The notes below the pieces were generated by a model. It ran no database searches and was not told the origin of the DNA. It saw nothing but the letters and a program-made list of their open reading frames with translations. A stretch of DNA of 64,000 bases. It comes from Lama glama (lineage: Eukaryota). The position numbers were made by a program, and so were the translations under genes. This document shows positions 50,648 through 62,680 of the stretch, one piece after another; the stretch's first letter is position 1, and each line of letters begins with the position of its first letter. Location of the stretch: positions 19,656,001-19,720,000 of the forward strand of contig CM052818.1 in NCBI GenBank assembly GCA_028534125.1, read 5' to 3'.

Positions 50648-51800
50648 TCACTTATCTGTTCTCTTGAACAGTTATCTGAGGTCTTCTACTGGCTCTCAGG
50701 AGTCAGTTTCTTTGGGTTCCTGCTAGGACTTATAAGATACAGATTTTATTCCAGACAGATGCACCCAACTAGTAATTCGCTGTAGCTAGACAGCAGTTGG
50801 GGTACTTAATAACATTTTATATGGTCCCTTCCATTTTGGTTGTAGCTGGTCCTCAGGGGACACTTTCCTACAAGTTTTTAGTAGGACAAAGCTCCCTGAC
50901 TGAATGGAGACTTCGACTTTTTCTTTTGTAGGGGTGGGCAGTACTTTGTTTCTGTATTCTTGGAGAGCCCGTTGAAGTTGGCTCAAGCTAACAATGTGGG
51001 AGACCAATTTGTGGGTTACCCCTCAAACAAGAGATCTGAAGTCAAAAAGGGCCTCCTATAGGTCACTTCAAATGGATTAGGTTTTAAAATTCCCTTGGGG
51101 CCATCCTGGTCTGTAGAAGGGCTTTAAGGGAGGAGGGAGACCAAGGTTTCTGAAGTCTCTTGGCACAACTTAGCAGGCATTCTTTTTAGAACATGGGTTG
51201 CTTTTCCTTCCTTGCCTGAGGATTGGGGCCTCCAAGAAGAGTGGAGGAAACCTGTTGGGTCACCTTGGCAGTGAAGGAAGGTCTGTTATCACTCTGTAGG
51301 CCTTTTGGTAACCCGAATCTCGGAATTATCTCTTTAAGCAGCAATTCGGATACTTCTATTGCCTTTTCGGTTCTAATAGAGAAAGCTTCTGTCCACCCTG
51401 TAAAGGTGTCTATGAATACCAGTAGGTATTTCTATTCCTACATGAAGGCATCTGGGTCAAGTCCATTTGCCTCTCTTCCCTGCATAGGTTCCCCGATATT
51501 GTATGAGCTGAGTTAGGGGTGGAGGTATGGGGTGACTTCCTGGGTCACTGCGGGTACAAAGCTCACAAGCCCTGGTGACATTTTTAACAGTTTGAGATGG
51601 TCCCTTACCCAGGAACACCTGAGTAACCAGTTTGACCAGGGAGTCCCACCCTAAGTGGGAGGTTTTGTGGAAGTGCTTAATTATTTCCATTCCTTGGCCC
51701 CAGGAATGAGAAGCCTGTTATCAAATTTTGCCCACCACCCTGAGAGGTCTCCTTCCAGTCCCCAGTGTCGAGCCCACTCAAGTTCTCCAGGCATAAGGGA
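50648..51800 (-). pseudogene. pol: ERV integrase remnant
   Basis: HHCC finger (HFHKTSHLG...CELC), QMDLTQMP, YLLVFIDTFTGWTEAF, EIIPRFGLP..LQSDN, PQSSG, LQPKWKGPY..LLSTPTAV and terminal EPVEDLR*LFKRTDK*. Confidence 0.92.
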
Positions 51801-51859
51801 TGGGGGATGGCACCGTTGGGAAGGGGGCTGTTGGTGTGAGAGCTGCAGCTGGTAGGGCT

Positions 51860-52460
51860 GGCTATTCTTTGGCTGCTGTCTCAGCGGCCTTGTCAGACAG
51901 GGCGTTTCCCCTTATAAGGCAGGTGCTGCCCCTCTGGTGACCCCTGCAGTGAATGACTGGAGCTTCCTTTGGAAGCCGGATCACTTCTAGGAGTTCTAGA
52001 ATTTCTGCCTGGTGTTTTATAGGGGACCCTTTGGCTGTTAGTAGTCCCCTTTCTTTCCATATGGCAGCAGGGGCATGGAGCACTAGGAATTCATACTTGG
52101 AATCAGTATATATATTGGTTCTAATCCCTTTCCCAGCTGGAGTGCTCTGGTCAAGGCAATTAACTCAGCCTTTTGGGTGAAAATGTGAGGGCAGAGTTCC
52201 AGACTCAACAACTGACTGCTGGCTGTCTGTGGCAGAGCTGGCCTTTCTCACCCCTCCGTGTAGGAAACTGCTTCCATTGGTAAACCATTCTGCATCGGGA
52301 CTGGTTGGGGGCTTATCCTTGAGGTCGGGCCTACTGGAAGAAACTTGTTCAATGGTCTCCACACGAGTGAACAAGGGGCCCTTGGGGTGGAGGGTCTGGC
52401 ATTATAGTAACTGGGTTCAGGACTCGGCAAACTCTGAAAGTTAAGCCGGGGCTGTCAAGT
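51860..52460 (-). pseudogene. pol: ERV RNase H remnant
   Basis: WFTNGSS (canonical TDGSS, D>N), AELIALTRAL, IYTDSKY, WKERGLLTAKGSPIKH, VIHCRGHQ...GNALSDKAA. Confidence 0.92.
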
Positions 52461-52476
52461 AGGAGGGCTTGGTGTT

Positions 52477-53329
52477 TGTTTTTTTGTTTGTTTACATTTT
52501 TTAAAATTGAAGTATAGTTGATTTACAATGTTGTGTTAGTTTCAGGTATACAGCAAAGTGATTCAGATATCTATATCTATATATACCTTTTATGTATTAC
52601 CTTTTCATATTCTTTTCCATTATGGTTTATTACAAGATATTGAATATAGTTCTGTGTGCTATATACTAGGACCTTGTTGTTTATCTGTTTTATATATTGT
52701 AGTATGTATCTGCTAATCCCAAATTCCTAATTTATTCCTCCCCCTTTTGATAACTGTAAGTTTGCTTTCTATGCCTGTTAGTCTGTTTCTGTTTTGTAAA
52801 TAAATTCCTTTGTGTCATATTTTAGATTCCACATATAAGTGATAATCATATGATATTGGTCTTTTTCTGTCTGACTTACTTCACTTAGTATAATAATCTC
52901 TAAATCCATCCATGTTGCTGCAAATGGCATTAATTCATTCTTTTTTATGGCTGAGTAATATTCTATGGTATTTCTATACCACATCTTCTTTATCCAGTCA
53001 TCTGTTGGTGGACATTTAGGTTGCTTCCATGTCTTGACTATTGTAAATAGTGCTGCTATGAACCTTGGGGTGCATGCGTCTTTTTGAATTGGCATTTCCT
53101 CCAGATACATGCCCAGGAGAGGGATTTCTGGCTCATGTGGCGACTCTATTTTAATTTTTAAAGGACCCTCCATACTGTTTTCCATAGTGGCTGCACCATT
53201 TACATTCCTACCAACAGTGTAGGAGGTTCCCTTTTCTCCACACCCTCTCTAGCATTTATTATTTGTATACTTTTTAATGATGGCTATTCTGACTGTGTGA
53301 GGTGATACCTCATTGTAGTTTTGATTTGC
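52477..53329 (-). mobile_element. 5'-truncated L1 inserted in the ERV pol connection domain
   Basis: ORF 52778-53185 is the L1 ORF2p C-terminus (FIAALFTIVKTWKQPKCP...WMDLEIIILSEVSQ), followed by 3' UTR and tail; 16-bp TSD aggagggctt(g/a)gt(g/a)tt at 52461-52476 and 53330-53345. Confidence 0.95.
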
Positions 53330-53345
53330 AGGAGGGCTTAGTATT

Positions 53346-54500
53346 CAAGCAATCGTCCACCTGTCAGCCATTGGTGTCTTTTTGCTTCTAGGGCTCCTTG
53401 TGCCTGGAGGAGTTAGGACTTCCAGTGATTGTTCCAGGGTGAACTTACCGGCCTCTTCTACTAGCAGAGCAGTATCATCCACTGCCCTAAGACATCCTGA
53501 CCATCCAGTGGCCACCTGATCAAGTTGCTTTTAGAAATAAAGCTATTGGTCTAGGGAGGTCTCTGAGTTTTTAGGTAAGGTCACCCAGGGCTACCCCTGT
53601 CTCTCAGCTGTATCGAGAGTAAAGAGTTTTTCTAAGTTTGGGAGGCTTAATGCAGGGATGGCCCCCAAGTTTTGTTTTAGAGCTAGGAACCCCTGTTGGC
53701 AATTTTCATCCCAGCAGAGGGGCTCATGGTTACCTCCTTTTAGCTCTTTAAAAAGAGGCTTTTCTATGAGCCTGAATCCAGGTATCCAGATCCTGCAAAA
53801 TCCTGCCATTCCCCAGAAAGGCCTTCAGTTGCCTGTTTGGGGGGTTGGGGATGAAGGGTTATAATGGCTTCCTTTCATTCCTAGGCTGGAGTCCTCGTCC
53901 CAGGGGTTAACCAAGTTAGCTGGGAAGTGTTATGAGTGTCTGCATCCGTCCACTCAAAGCAAAGAGATTCTGAGAGTTTGGGTGCAGGGAAATACAAAAG
54001 AAGGCATCCTTTAGGTCTAGCACTATAAACCAGTTCGCATTTTTAGGAACTTGTGTCAGTATGGTGTACGGGTCAGGTGAACTGGGACCACTGCCTCATT
54101 AACTACCTTCAGGTCTTAAACAAATCTGTACTCTATACTTTGGGATTTTATTGGCAGAATGGGCTATTATACGAAGATTGGCAGAGTCGTAACAGTTCAT
54201 GTTTTAATAACTTGGTTATTGTTGGTTATACCTCATTGGGACTCAGGACTCAAGGGATACTGTTTTTTCCACAGGTAATCAGCATTGAATTTTTTGGGGG
54301 GGAGTTTCTAACTTCTTTTTTTTTTTTTTGAAGCATAGTCAGTTTACAATGTTGTGTCAGTTTCTGGCGTATAGCATAATTAGCAATGGATTTCAGTGAA
54401 ATCGGAGCTTATGGCACATTATTAGCTCTGCCAGGAACCTTAGAATCCCAGACAGAGGTGTTTACTTGAGAAACAATATGAGGTGGAAGGGAGACCTCCT
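53346..54500 (-). pseudogene. pol: ERV reverse transcriptase/connection remnant with catalytic core deleted
   Basis: KKQYPL, EYRFV*DL..VNEAVVP, WFIVLDLKDAFFCISLHP, QLTW joined directly to LTPG, GMAGFCRIWIPGF, QWLTGGRLLEY. Confidence 0.92.
54293..54376 (-). mobile_element. Short L1 3' tail inserted in ERV pol
   Basis: 'tttttgaagcatagtcagtttacaatgttgtgtcagtttctgg'; 17-bp TSD taatcagcattgaattt (54276-54292) / taattagcaatggattt (54377-54393). Confidence 0.75.
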
Positions 54501-54599
54501 CTCACTTTTGACTGAGGCAGGCTCCCATGGCCAGGAGTAATTTCCTAGTGGGTGCCTTCTCTGAGGGGGTCTCTGAATTGAGCTATTGTGTGGAAGTTA

Positions 54600-54910
54600 G
54601 TGAGCAAATCCCTTCCCAACAAGGGGTCAGGGCACTCGGGCATGAGCAGAAACTAGTGTGCAAAGGTGGAACTTCCTAGTAAGCAGCTGAGGGGGGAGTG
54701 AATCGATTGGCTTGGCTGTCCATTGATCCCCGTTACTATGCAGGACTGGGAGAACAAGGGTCCAGGGAAATCAGTCAGCAAAGAATAGGCAGCCCTCTTA
54801 TCTAGTTAAAAAAAAAGTACTTTTCCACCTGCCATGTCAAGGGTTACCATAGGCTCCTCTGGAGAAATGACTAGATGTCTTTTGGGAGCCAGGGAGTTTC
54901 CCAGGCCCCG
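54600..54910 (-). pseudogene. pro: ERV aspartic protease remnant
   Basis: EEPMVTLDMAG, LDKRAAYSLL (DTGA site mutated), FLLMPECPDPLLGRDLL. Confidence 0.88.
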
Positions 54911-54985
54911 TCAGTCTTCAGTCTTCTCAGCCCCTTCAGGACTGGGAGCCATCCTGCTTACAGTGGCCCTCCATGATGCCAGAGC
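54911..54985 (-). pseudogene. gag: gag C-terminus remnant (degenerate NC zinc knuckle and stop)
   Basis: EGHCKQDGSQ resembles the EGHWKxDCPQ knuckle; ...KTED* with TGA at 54913-54911. Confidence 0.6.
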
Positions 54986-55120
54986 TGGCCTATCATCAGA
55001 ATCACTTGGGCACAGTGGAGGCCGCCCAGGCTTGGCTTCTGGCATCAGAATCTAGGGAGTGGCCTGAGAGAATCTGCATTTTTAAGAAGCCCCTTCAGGA
55101 CCAGCATTTGAGAGGGGCTG
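54986..55120 (+). mobile_element. MER5A fragment
   Basis: 'catcagaatcacttggg...catcagaatctagggagtggcctgagagaatctgcatttttaagaagcccc'. Confidence 0.7.
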
Positions 55121-55689
55121 AGTTGAAATCTTCTGGGCTGCTATGAAGCACCTACATAGCTCCTTCTAGGAACTCACAAAGTGGAGATGTCTCCTGTTAA
55201 ATCAGAGAAAATAATATCTACCTTGCCAAATCGCTGGGAAAGACAGATGGATTGCTGTAGGAGCTCAGGGTCTGGCATATTTTAGGTACTCAAAAAATAG
55301 TAACTGCTATTCTTCTACTTCCCAGGGGAAGCCTTTGCACTTTATCCCAACAGACAGATGCTCTGTTTCTACACCCACCCCTGGGAAGGGCTTTCTGCCT
55401 TGGGACCCAGTTCTCTACATCCTCCTTTGCACCAAATACATTATTTATGCTTATCCTTTCAAAAGCAAATCTATTGTATGGCAGACCTTAAAAAAAAAGT
55501 CAGAACACATTGCCGTGAGACAGAATATGTATAATCAGGACTGTCCCAGAAAATCGGAGGCCATATGGCCATAGATGAGGACTAGGGGAGGCCTGGAGGA
55601 GCTGGGGTGGGGCTGCCAGAACCCCTTGCCTATCCAGTCAAGGAGGCAGTAAAACTGCAGGAAGGAAAAGAGGGAAAGGACCCTTTATT

Positions 55690-55900
55690 GAGTGTCTGCT
55701 CCAAGTGCAATGTGGTTGTCATCTGTTACAAACCGTTTGTCACTGGCTTCTGATAAGTCCGGAAACTGAGAATAAACACAAATTTTCAGAGCCATTTGAT
55801 TGATATTGCCATAGTATCCAAGTGTGTGATCAATTTTTTTGAGTAATTCATGTTTGTTGTATTTTACAAAAGCATTGGTTTGTGACTCATTGGATATTTT
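55690..55900 (-). mobile_element. hAT-Charlie (Charlie4-like) 3' fragment
   Basis: Minus strand 'ggatactatggcaatatcaa...tctcagtttccggacttatc...ccagtgacaaacggtttg' resembles a recalled Charlie4 end. Confidence 0.45.
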
Positions 55901-58000
55901 CAAAATTGGTCCTTTACAGAACTCTTCAGATGCCCTGGTCTAGACACTGACGTGTGACATCTTACTTAATCCTCAAGTAGCCTCTGTACAGTTTTAGATT
56001 AGGAGGTCCTTTCTCCTCCCCTTGTCTCCACTCCCAGGAAGCCAGCATCCTCTTGTTTTCCTGCTAAACTTCAGCCAGAAGGGGGAGGCTCTGTTCCTGG
56101 GTCTCCTGTCCCACCCCAACCATGAGGCTAAGACTCCCCCAAGGAGAGTCTAGGGGCTCTGGATTTGCCCGGGATATGGGGGTGTGAGACCCTCATGGTG
56201 GACTGACATAGGGACAGCTGTGTTCCTGAGGCCTCAAAGACAGGAAATTCCCCAGATAACCTCTGCCCTTCATTTAGAATCATGGATCCATGTCAGAGAG
56301 CGTTCCCTCCTACCCAATCCCAGTCCCCAGTGCTATAGCTAATCAACTAATCGTCAAGTTATATCCTGCTAAATACTGAGTCTGTGCTAGCTGCTTTGGG
56401 GTAGATATTTTTGGTAAGGATGTACTCTGATTAACTCATTTAATTTCCACTACGACCTCGTGAGATAGATCCCATTTTTACCTTCATTGTACAGGAGAAT
56501 CTCAAGAAGGTTAAGGGACAGGCTTAAAATCACACAGCTCATAAGTGGCAGGACTGGAGGGCCCTCTCAAGCCTCTACCGAATGCCAGACCCTGAGCTTT
56601 TAGCACATGTGAGGCTCTGGACCTGCCATGGAGGGGCTTGCAGTCTCGTTGGGTCTGAGCAACCCTCCAAGAATCCTAGAAGGGTCAGATAGTCCTGACT
56701 TACGGCCCAGGAACCTGAAGGAGGAAGGGAGACTGGGATGGAGGCGGTGGGGGACTTCAGGGAGGGAGGCAGCCGCTCTGAATGCTCCACTCCCCTGGGA
56801 GCCCGCTCATATCCTGTGTCCCTGCCCCCTCCCTCCCCAGACGTGATCTCACTCCTCCTCATCCCTGGGGCCTCAGAGAAGACGCTGTTGTTTCCTCCCA
56901 CACATCAGAACTCAGGGACCTGAGAGACCCTTCTTCCCTGTCCAGGCAGCTCAGGCTCCCCACAGGGACAGGGATGGTTGGCTGTCACCATCCCTTGCTC
57001 CTCGAACCCTGACACAGCAGCCCCCTTCCCAATGTCTCCTATAATCTCTCAGCCTCCAAAGGCATCTCTTGTGCTTTTTCTTCAAGAAGGATATGCATTA
57101 GGAATCCCAGAGGGAAGGGCCCTGCTGGGAGTCCTTCCGCCTTCCCACCCTCCTGGATTTCCCCTCTCCCATCTCTGGTATGCTCTTCTCTGGGATGGGA
57201 CAGAGTAGGGCAGAGTGGACCAGGCAACAAGCATCAGGGCTCCAAGCCAGTGTCTGGCTGCTTGAATTTCTCAGTGGCCAGTCATTTAAAATGGGGGTGG
57301 TCATGAAGATTAAATGGGAAGTGGCTGTGGAAGTTCTTTGCCAGCTCTAAGTGGCCCTACCTAGTTTGGCTTCCCTCCCACTCTCGGCTTATTCCAGTCT
57401 TGCCTAGCCTTCAAATCTTGGCTCAAGCCCGCTACTTCCAGGAAGACCTCCCTGACTGCACCAGTCTGGACTGAGTCCTCAGCCTGGAGGGGTCATCATT
57501 CACACTTGGTGATCTGTTGTGTGTTCCTACAGCCCCTGAGAGCCATGTGAATACCAGGCATCACTCTTATGACTATGTGTTGGAATTTGCCATGCTGCCC
57601 CCATAGCACCAGGCCCAATACAAGCTCAAGCTTGCTTTACTCATAACTTACCATGTCTTAGGAATTCTCATTTTCCAAGTGCTTCTTCCAGGATGGTCAG
57701 ATGTGAGGGATTTCTTAGCAACACAGGGAGATGGCTTGTGAGAGATGTTTGGAATTCTCATTATACTGGTGAGGAAGGTGTTGCTGAGAAAGTCCAAGAG
57801 ACCCAGCCAAGGTCACAGGACTGGGTAATTGACTGCCAAGTCAGGATTCAAATCCAGGGTTCCCGGCACAATTGTTCAGAGTCTGAATAAAACCAACAAA
57901 GGACCGAACATGTGTGCACTTGGGGTTCATATGACCCCTTACATGGGCTTTTGCCTTTTCTTTGCTTCCCCCTGCTCTCTCTTTCTCTGGCATCCCTGAC

Positions 58001-58084
58001 CCCTCCCAGGAGCCATCCCTCCCAGGAGCCATCCCTCCCAGGGGCCATCCCTCCCAGGAGCCATCCTTCTTAGGAGCCATCCCT
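58001..58084. repeat. 16-bp minisatellite (ccctcccaggagccat) x ~5.2
   Basis: Five tandem units visible, the last one degenerate. Confidence 0.95.
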
Positions 58085-58699
58085 GTGCCCTGCCCAAGAG
58101 CCAGCAGACAGCCTCACCACAGGGCCGTGGGGGCCTGGGCCACTAGAGCAGGCCGTATACACTATACATGCCCTGATCTGGATCCAGAATGAGGCCGGCG
58201 GACCTTCGCTCTTGGCAGGACAAACAGTCCCCGTTCTGAAGGGTCCCAGAGGCTGGAAGAGGTTTTAAATAGACAGGGCAGGCCGATTGTGAAGCTGGGT
58301 TTAAATTAGTCGTCAGTGCTTGATTTAATCAGGTTTAATTGTTGGTTGGTGCTGAAATGACGAATTTGGCTTTAAATAGGAACCGTAAATGTTTCAGCCT
58401 TGCCCTGGGCAGCAACTGCAAGCACAGATCTGGTCTCTTCCTGCAAAAAGTAGGGAGGCAAAAGGAATGGTGGGCTGAGCGGGGCTGGCCTGGGTCATAG
58501 GTGCTCCGCAGGATGAGGTCTCACTGATTCAATCAACCTGTCCATCAAGCAGTCGATCCTTCCCGTTCCTCACTGCCCTTTGGCTGAGCTTGCTTATTCC
58601 CATCTGTGCCTTTGTGGCTGTACCCAGACCCATCTTCCTAGAGTCAACAGAGTAGGGGGTGGCACAGCAGAGGGAAAAGTCCACTGTGCTTGGGAGCCC

Positions 58700-58830
58700 A
58701 AGGCACTGAATTCGGGCCTCACTCTGCCCCTCACTGGCTGTATGGCCTTGGGAAGGTATCTGAGTTCTCTGAGCCTCAGTTCCCACGTCTGTAAACCACG
58801 GTGAAGCTTGCCCTTCCTACCTCCTTCAGT
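58700..58830 (+). mobile_element. MIR SINE
   Basis: 'ggctgtatggccttgggaaggtatctgagttctctgagcctcagttcccacgtctgtaaa'. Confidence 0.8.
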
Positions 58831-60449
58831 GGGCTCTGAAAGCCGTCATCCAGGCCACTACTGCTGGTGGATCTGTGCCTCCCTTACCTGGCCCTGGGCC
58901 AAGCTTGGGTATGTGGGGTGTGGAGTGTGCCCTCTGGAGCCTAAGGGCTCTCCCCACTCAAAGTCACTGCCTACTCAGTTATGCCTTCCTTGGTGTTGCT
59001 GGATGTTTCCAGTTCTTTGGGTCAGGGCAGGAGTCCCCATCCATCCCTCTCACTGGGGCCTGCCTAGCAAGCTCACCTGGCTGCAGCTTTCAACTCCAGC
59101 TTCTCCTAACTCCCACCCGGAGCTAAGTGGGGCAGTCAGAAGAGAGGGCCAGAGAAGGCCCACAGAGCCAGGGTTCTGACGGCCAGTCTCCTTGCAGGGC
59201 ACCCACCCCCACCCAGTCCTGACAGTATCAGGGACCATCTGAGGTCATTTTCCCATCTCTGGAGAAGGGGTATGGCCAAGGGCAGAGATCTGGGTTTCCT
59301 TTTTTCGGCTTGGAGTTAGGTTTAGGACTTTGGGGACCTGTGGGAGAAAGGGACAGCAAGGCAGATTTTTGCTTACCTGAAAAACCTTTCAGATGAGGCT
59401 TTCTCAGGGAACGCTAGAGGAGCTCAGATAAAGCCTGGGTGAGGCTTCCACTGAAAAGGCTGTAGAAGGGACACCTCCAGGGCTGGGGAAGATGGGGGTG
59501 GTGTCAGAGCTGGAACACCACATCCCGGTTCCACCCCTGACCCACTCGCTCCGTGACCTTGAGCCAGCTGCTTCATCTTCCTGAGCCACAGGCTCCGCAT
59601 TTGTGAAAATGGGAAAATGAGGCCTTTTGGAAAAAAGGCGATATGAGGATTCTGAAATATGAACTAACACATGCAAAAGTACTCCTTGCTTGGCTCTGGG
59701 TTGGCATTGGATAAATGCTGGCTGACTGTGAATCTAAGCTAGGTAGGGGCTTGGACCGGACGATCCCATGCAACTCTGAGTATTGATAACTTTAATCAGC
59801 ACAGGTAGCCAAATGCCCAGATGTGGATGCCACCAGACAGAGTGCCCATGGGGTGGAGAGGGGATGGGGTAGGAGTGGACGGTTCACTGCCGCACCATGC
59901 CCGCAGCCTGACGTTTTGGAGGAGGAGCATGCAGGGGGCGGGCAGATCTTATGATCTGTATGAAGTGGAAATCAAGCTCTTATCTCATTTCCTTCTCCAA
60001 GCTGCATGTAGTGGATACGTCTGTGCTGTGGACATGCTGGGAGAATAACGGGAACTGACGGGGTCTGGGCTGCATTCTCCGGGTCTTCTTCCCACACAGG
60101 CGTCCAGAGAGGGAGAGTCGGGCTCTCTTCACAGTGCCAAAATAAACTTGCATTGTGTCCAGCAACACAAGAGGCCTTGAGTGAAGCAGCATTTGCCAAA
60201 CCCTATAAGGAAGCCGGAGGAGGGGAGGGGAGCCTGGAATGAGAAATTCCCCCACTCCTGCCCCTCACCTCCTGCTTTCTCCTGACTTCCAGAGAACTCC
60301 ATGTAGGCAAGCCCCAAAGCAAGTCCCAGAGGGCACTGTGGGAATCTGGGCTTTTAGGAGAAAAAGAAGGGACTGGAACTCCCATTCGTTGACTGTCTTC
60401 TATGTGCTCGGTACCTTGCTTATAAAGAGTCATGTTAGTGGGTTGGGGG

Positions 60450-60860
60450 CACACACAGACCTGGGTTCAAATGCTGATCCTGTCACTTGCTAACTCTGTG
60501 GTCTGGGCAAGCAAATAGCTTCTCTGAGCTTCTGGTTCCTCGTAGGTAAATGGAGCTAATAATAGTACACTTCAGAGGGTTATATTGAAGGTCAATTCAG
60601 TAAATGTAGTAAAATGCGAGCTTAGTACATGGATCGTGAAATGAACTTAATACATATTAGTTGTCCTTACTATTAAGTAGCTGTTATTAATAATAATAAT
60701 AATAATTTTCAGAAGATTGCCCAGAAGTAGGAATTGTTATGTAACTCTTATGGGTATGAAACGTGCTGCCCCAGAGGGACTGAGGCACTTTTTCAGGGTC
60801 TGACAGTTAATGAGTGCCAGCTTAGGATTCAAACTCGGGTCTGCTGGGCCCCAAGGCCCA
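60450..60860. mobile_element. Two adjacent MIRs in opposite orientation
   Basis: 'cagacctgggttcaaatgctgatcctgtcacttgctaactctgtg' then 'gagggactgaggcactt...aggattcaaactcgggtctg'. Confidence 0.7.
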
Positions 60861-62494
60861 CACCTGTTGTACCTGCATCTGAAATGGAGCCCAGCTAGGT
60901 TATTTGATATGGATGCCAAGCTGCCCTGAGGCTAGGGAGCTAGAAAGCAGGGAAATCAGAGCCTGTCGGGCAACATTTCCACGGTCCCACTGCCCCCTAG
61001 ACTTCTCTTCTGTTGCCATCTTGGCCACTGTCCAGCTGGGCCTGGCTGCCCACCAAATTGCAGGGATCCTATTGCCAGTACCCAGGGCCCCTCTGTCTTT
61101 GGAGCATCCATCTGGAGTCAGTGCCTGCAGCCGGAGCCCTGTTCTGAGCAGCATCTGTACAACTGGACCCCAGACCCTGCCTAGTCGACCCCCCATTCCT
61201 GCACGGACAGCTTGTTGAAGCTGAGCCATAGCCTCCTGGGATGTCAATTCTGGCTCTGTCACTGACTAGCTGGGTAACTTTGGGCTTGTTCCTTGCTCTC
61301 TCTGGGCCTCAGTTTTCTTGTGTCTGACACTGGAGCAATAGGATCTAGCTTTCCGGGTCCCTGTGAGAATTATGAGAGATAATGAGTATGGCAGTCAACG
61401 TCTGTGTAGAGGCAAGGGTTCCCTGAGTCCTTAGGACCGTGGGGCTCCAGGTTGGGACCTATTTTTCATCCTTAGATATGGACTCTCTGCATGTCATCCT
61501 TAATGAAAAATGAATAACTCGTGTTCATTTCATTAAATGCTGCCCCCACAAAAGTGTAGGCTTATGCAATTCTCCAGACTGTCAACTGGAAGTTATCTCA
61601 GAATTCCTTGTAAATCAAAAGGTTTCATTTTGCTGCCAAGACAGTCAACTTTCTCTGCCTTGAGTCAGGCGGAGGGGCGGTGCTGGGCTGGAATTAGAGT
61701 CAGGAGACCAGCCTGCTAGTTCAGACTCTGCCAACTATCAACTTGGGCCGGGAGAAAAGTGCTTCTTGTCTCTGAGGCCCCAATTTCCTCCTCTGCAAAA
61801 TGGGTGATGTGTGTGTTGGGGCAGTCCTACTGGCTGAACATCCTTTTCCTCCCCTAGTTCTAGAATTCTTGAACTTGATCTTTCTTTCTCTCTGCTTCTA
61901 TCATCTCAGACTCCACCTCTCCTGCCCCCTTCCCACCCTCCTCCTCCCCCTTGTCCCATGATCTCTATCTCCTCTGTCAATCAGGCCAGATCAGCCTGGG
62001 GCAGAGACTAGGGAGAAAAAAACATCTATGCATTCCTGGCAGGCGACAATTTTCTAATGCCCCTTATTGCAAAAGCAGCCCTTCTTTGGGGTGAAGAGAA
62101 GGGCAGCCAAAATCTGTATTTCTGTTATGGGGTCCAGAAAAGGGGGGCGTTTGCTCATGGACCTGAGAATGGATGTGTTCAGAAGTAACAAATGGCCCCT
62201 TCTCTGGCTGTGGGTTGAGAAGGGGTAACAGATCAGCCCAAGGGGGCTTCATGGTCACCTGGTGGAGCAGGTTCCAGGCCACTCAGGGTGGGGGTCTGTG
62301 CACTGTGGGGGTGGATGAATGTATGTTGGGTGAAGAGCCCAGAGAGAATTTAGCCTCCTAAAACTACAGGCAGAGCTGGTTTCAAGGAGGGTGGTGAGGG
62401 GAAGGTAGTTAAGAAGTTGAGTTTCTTTATGTGGGGTCCATCTGGCTGATGGTGGTCAGAGATATAAATAGGGGACTGGAAAGATTGCTGAGTG

Positions 62495-62680
62495 CAGGGG
62501 TGGGGAAGGAGAGAGAGAAAGACAAGGACAGGGACTGAAAGGCAGAGGGGACAACATGGAATCAAAGGGAAAGAGGAAGATAGAGGAGAAAGAGGAAGGA
62601 GAGGAGGACAGGAGGAGGGGAGGGAGGGAAGCAGGCAGGAAGGAAGGGAAAGAGCAGGGGAGAGAGTGAGGAAGGAAGAT
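62495..62680 (+). repeat. Purine-rich (GA-rich) low-complexity tract
   Basis: Strong A/G bias on the plus strand. Confidence 0.85.

Larger units (their letters stand above)
49805..54985 (-). mobile_element. Defective class I (gamma-like) endogenous retrovirus lacking the 5' LTR and most of gag
   Basis: Ordered NC-pro-RT-RNaseH-IN-env remnants plus PPT and 3' LTR on the minus strand; many stops and frameshifts. Confidence 0.95.

Noticed and set aside
52778..53185. 135-aa ORF as a functional gene
   Set aside because: It is the C-terminal fragment of L1 ORF2p in a 5'-truncated insertion
58001..58084. CRISPR-like array
   Set aside because: Head-to-tail tandem units without spacers, in mammalian DNA
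60450..60860. Inverted MIR pairs (also 18085-18540) as dsRNA-forming elements
   Set aside because: The copies are too diverged for stable pairing, and such pairs are common in MIR-rich regions
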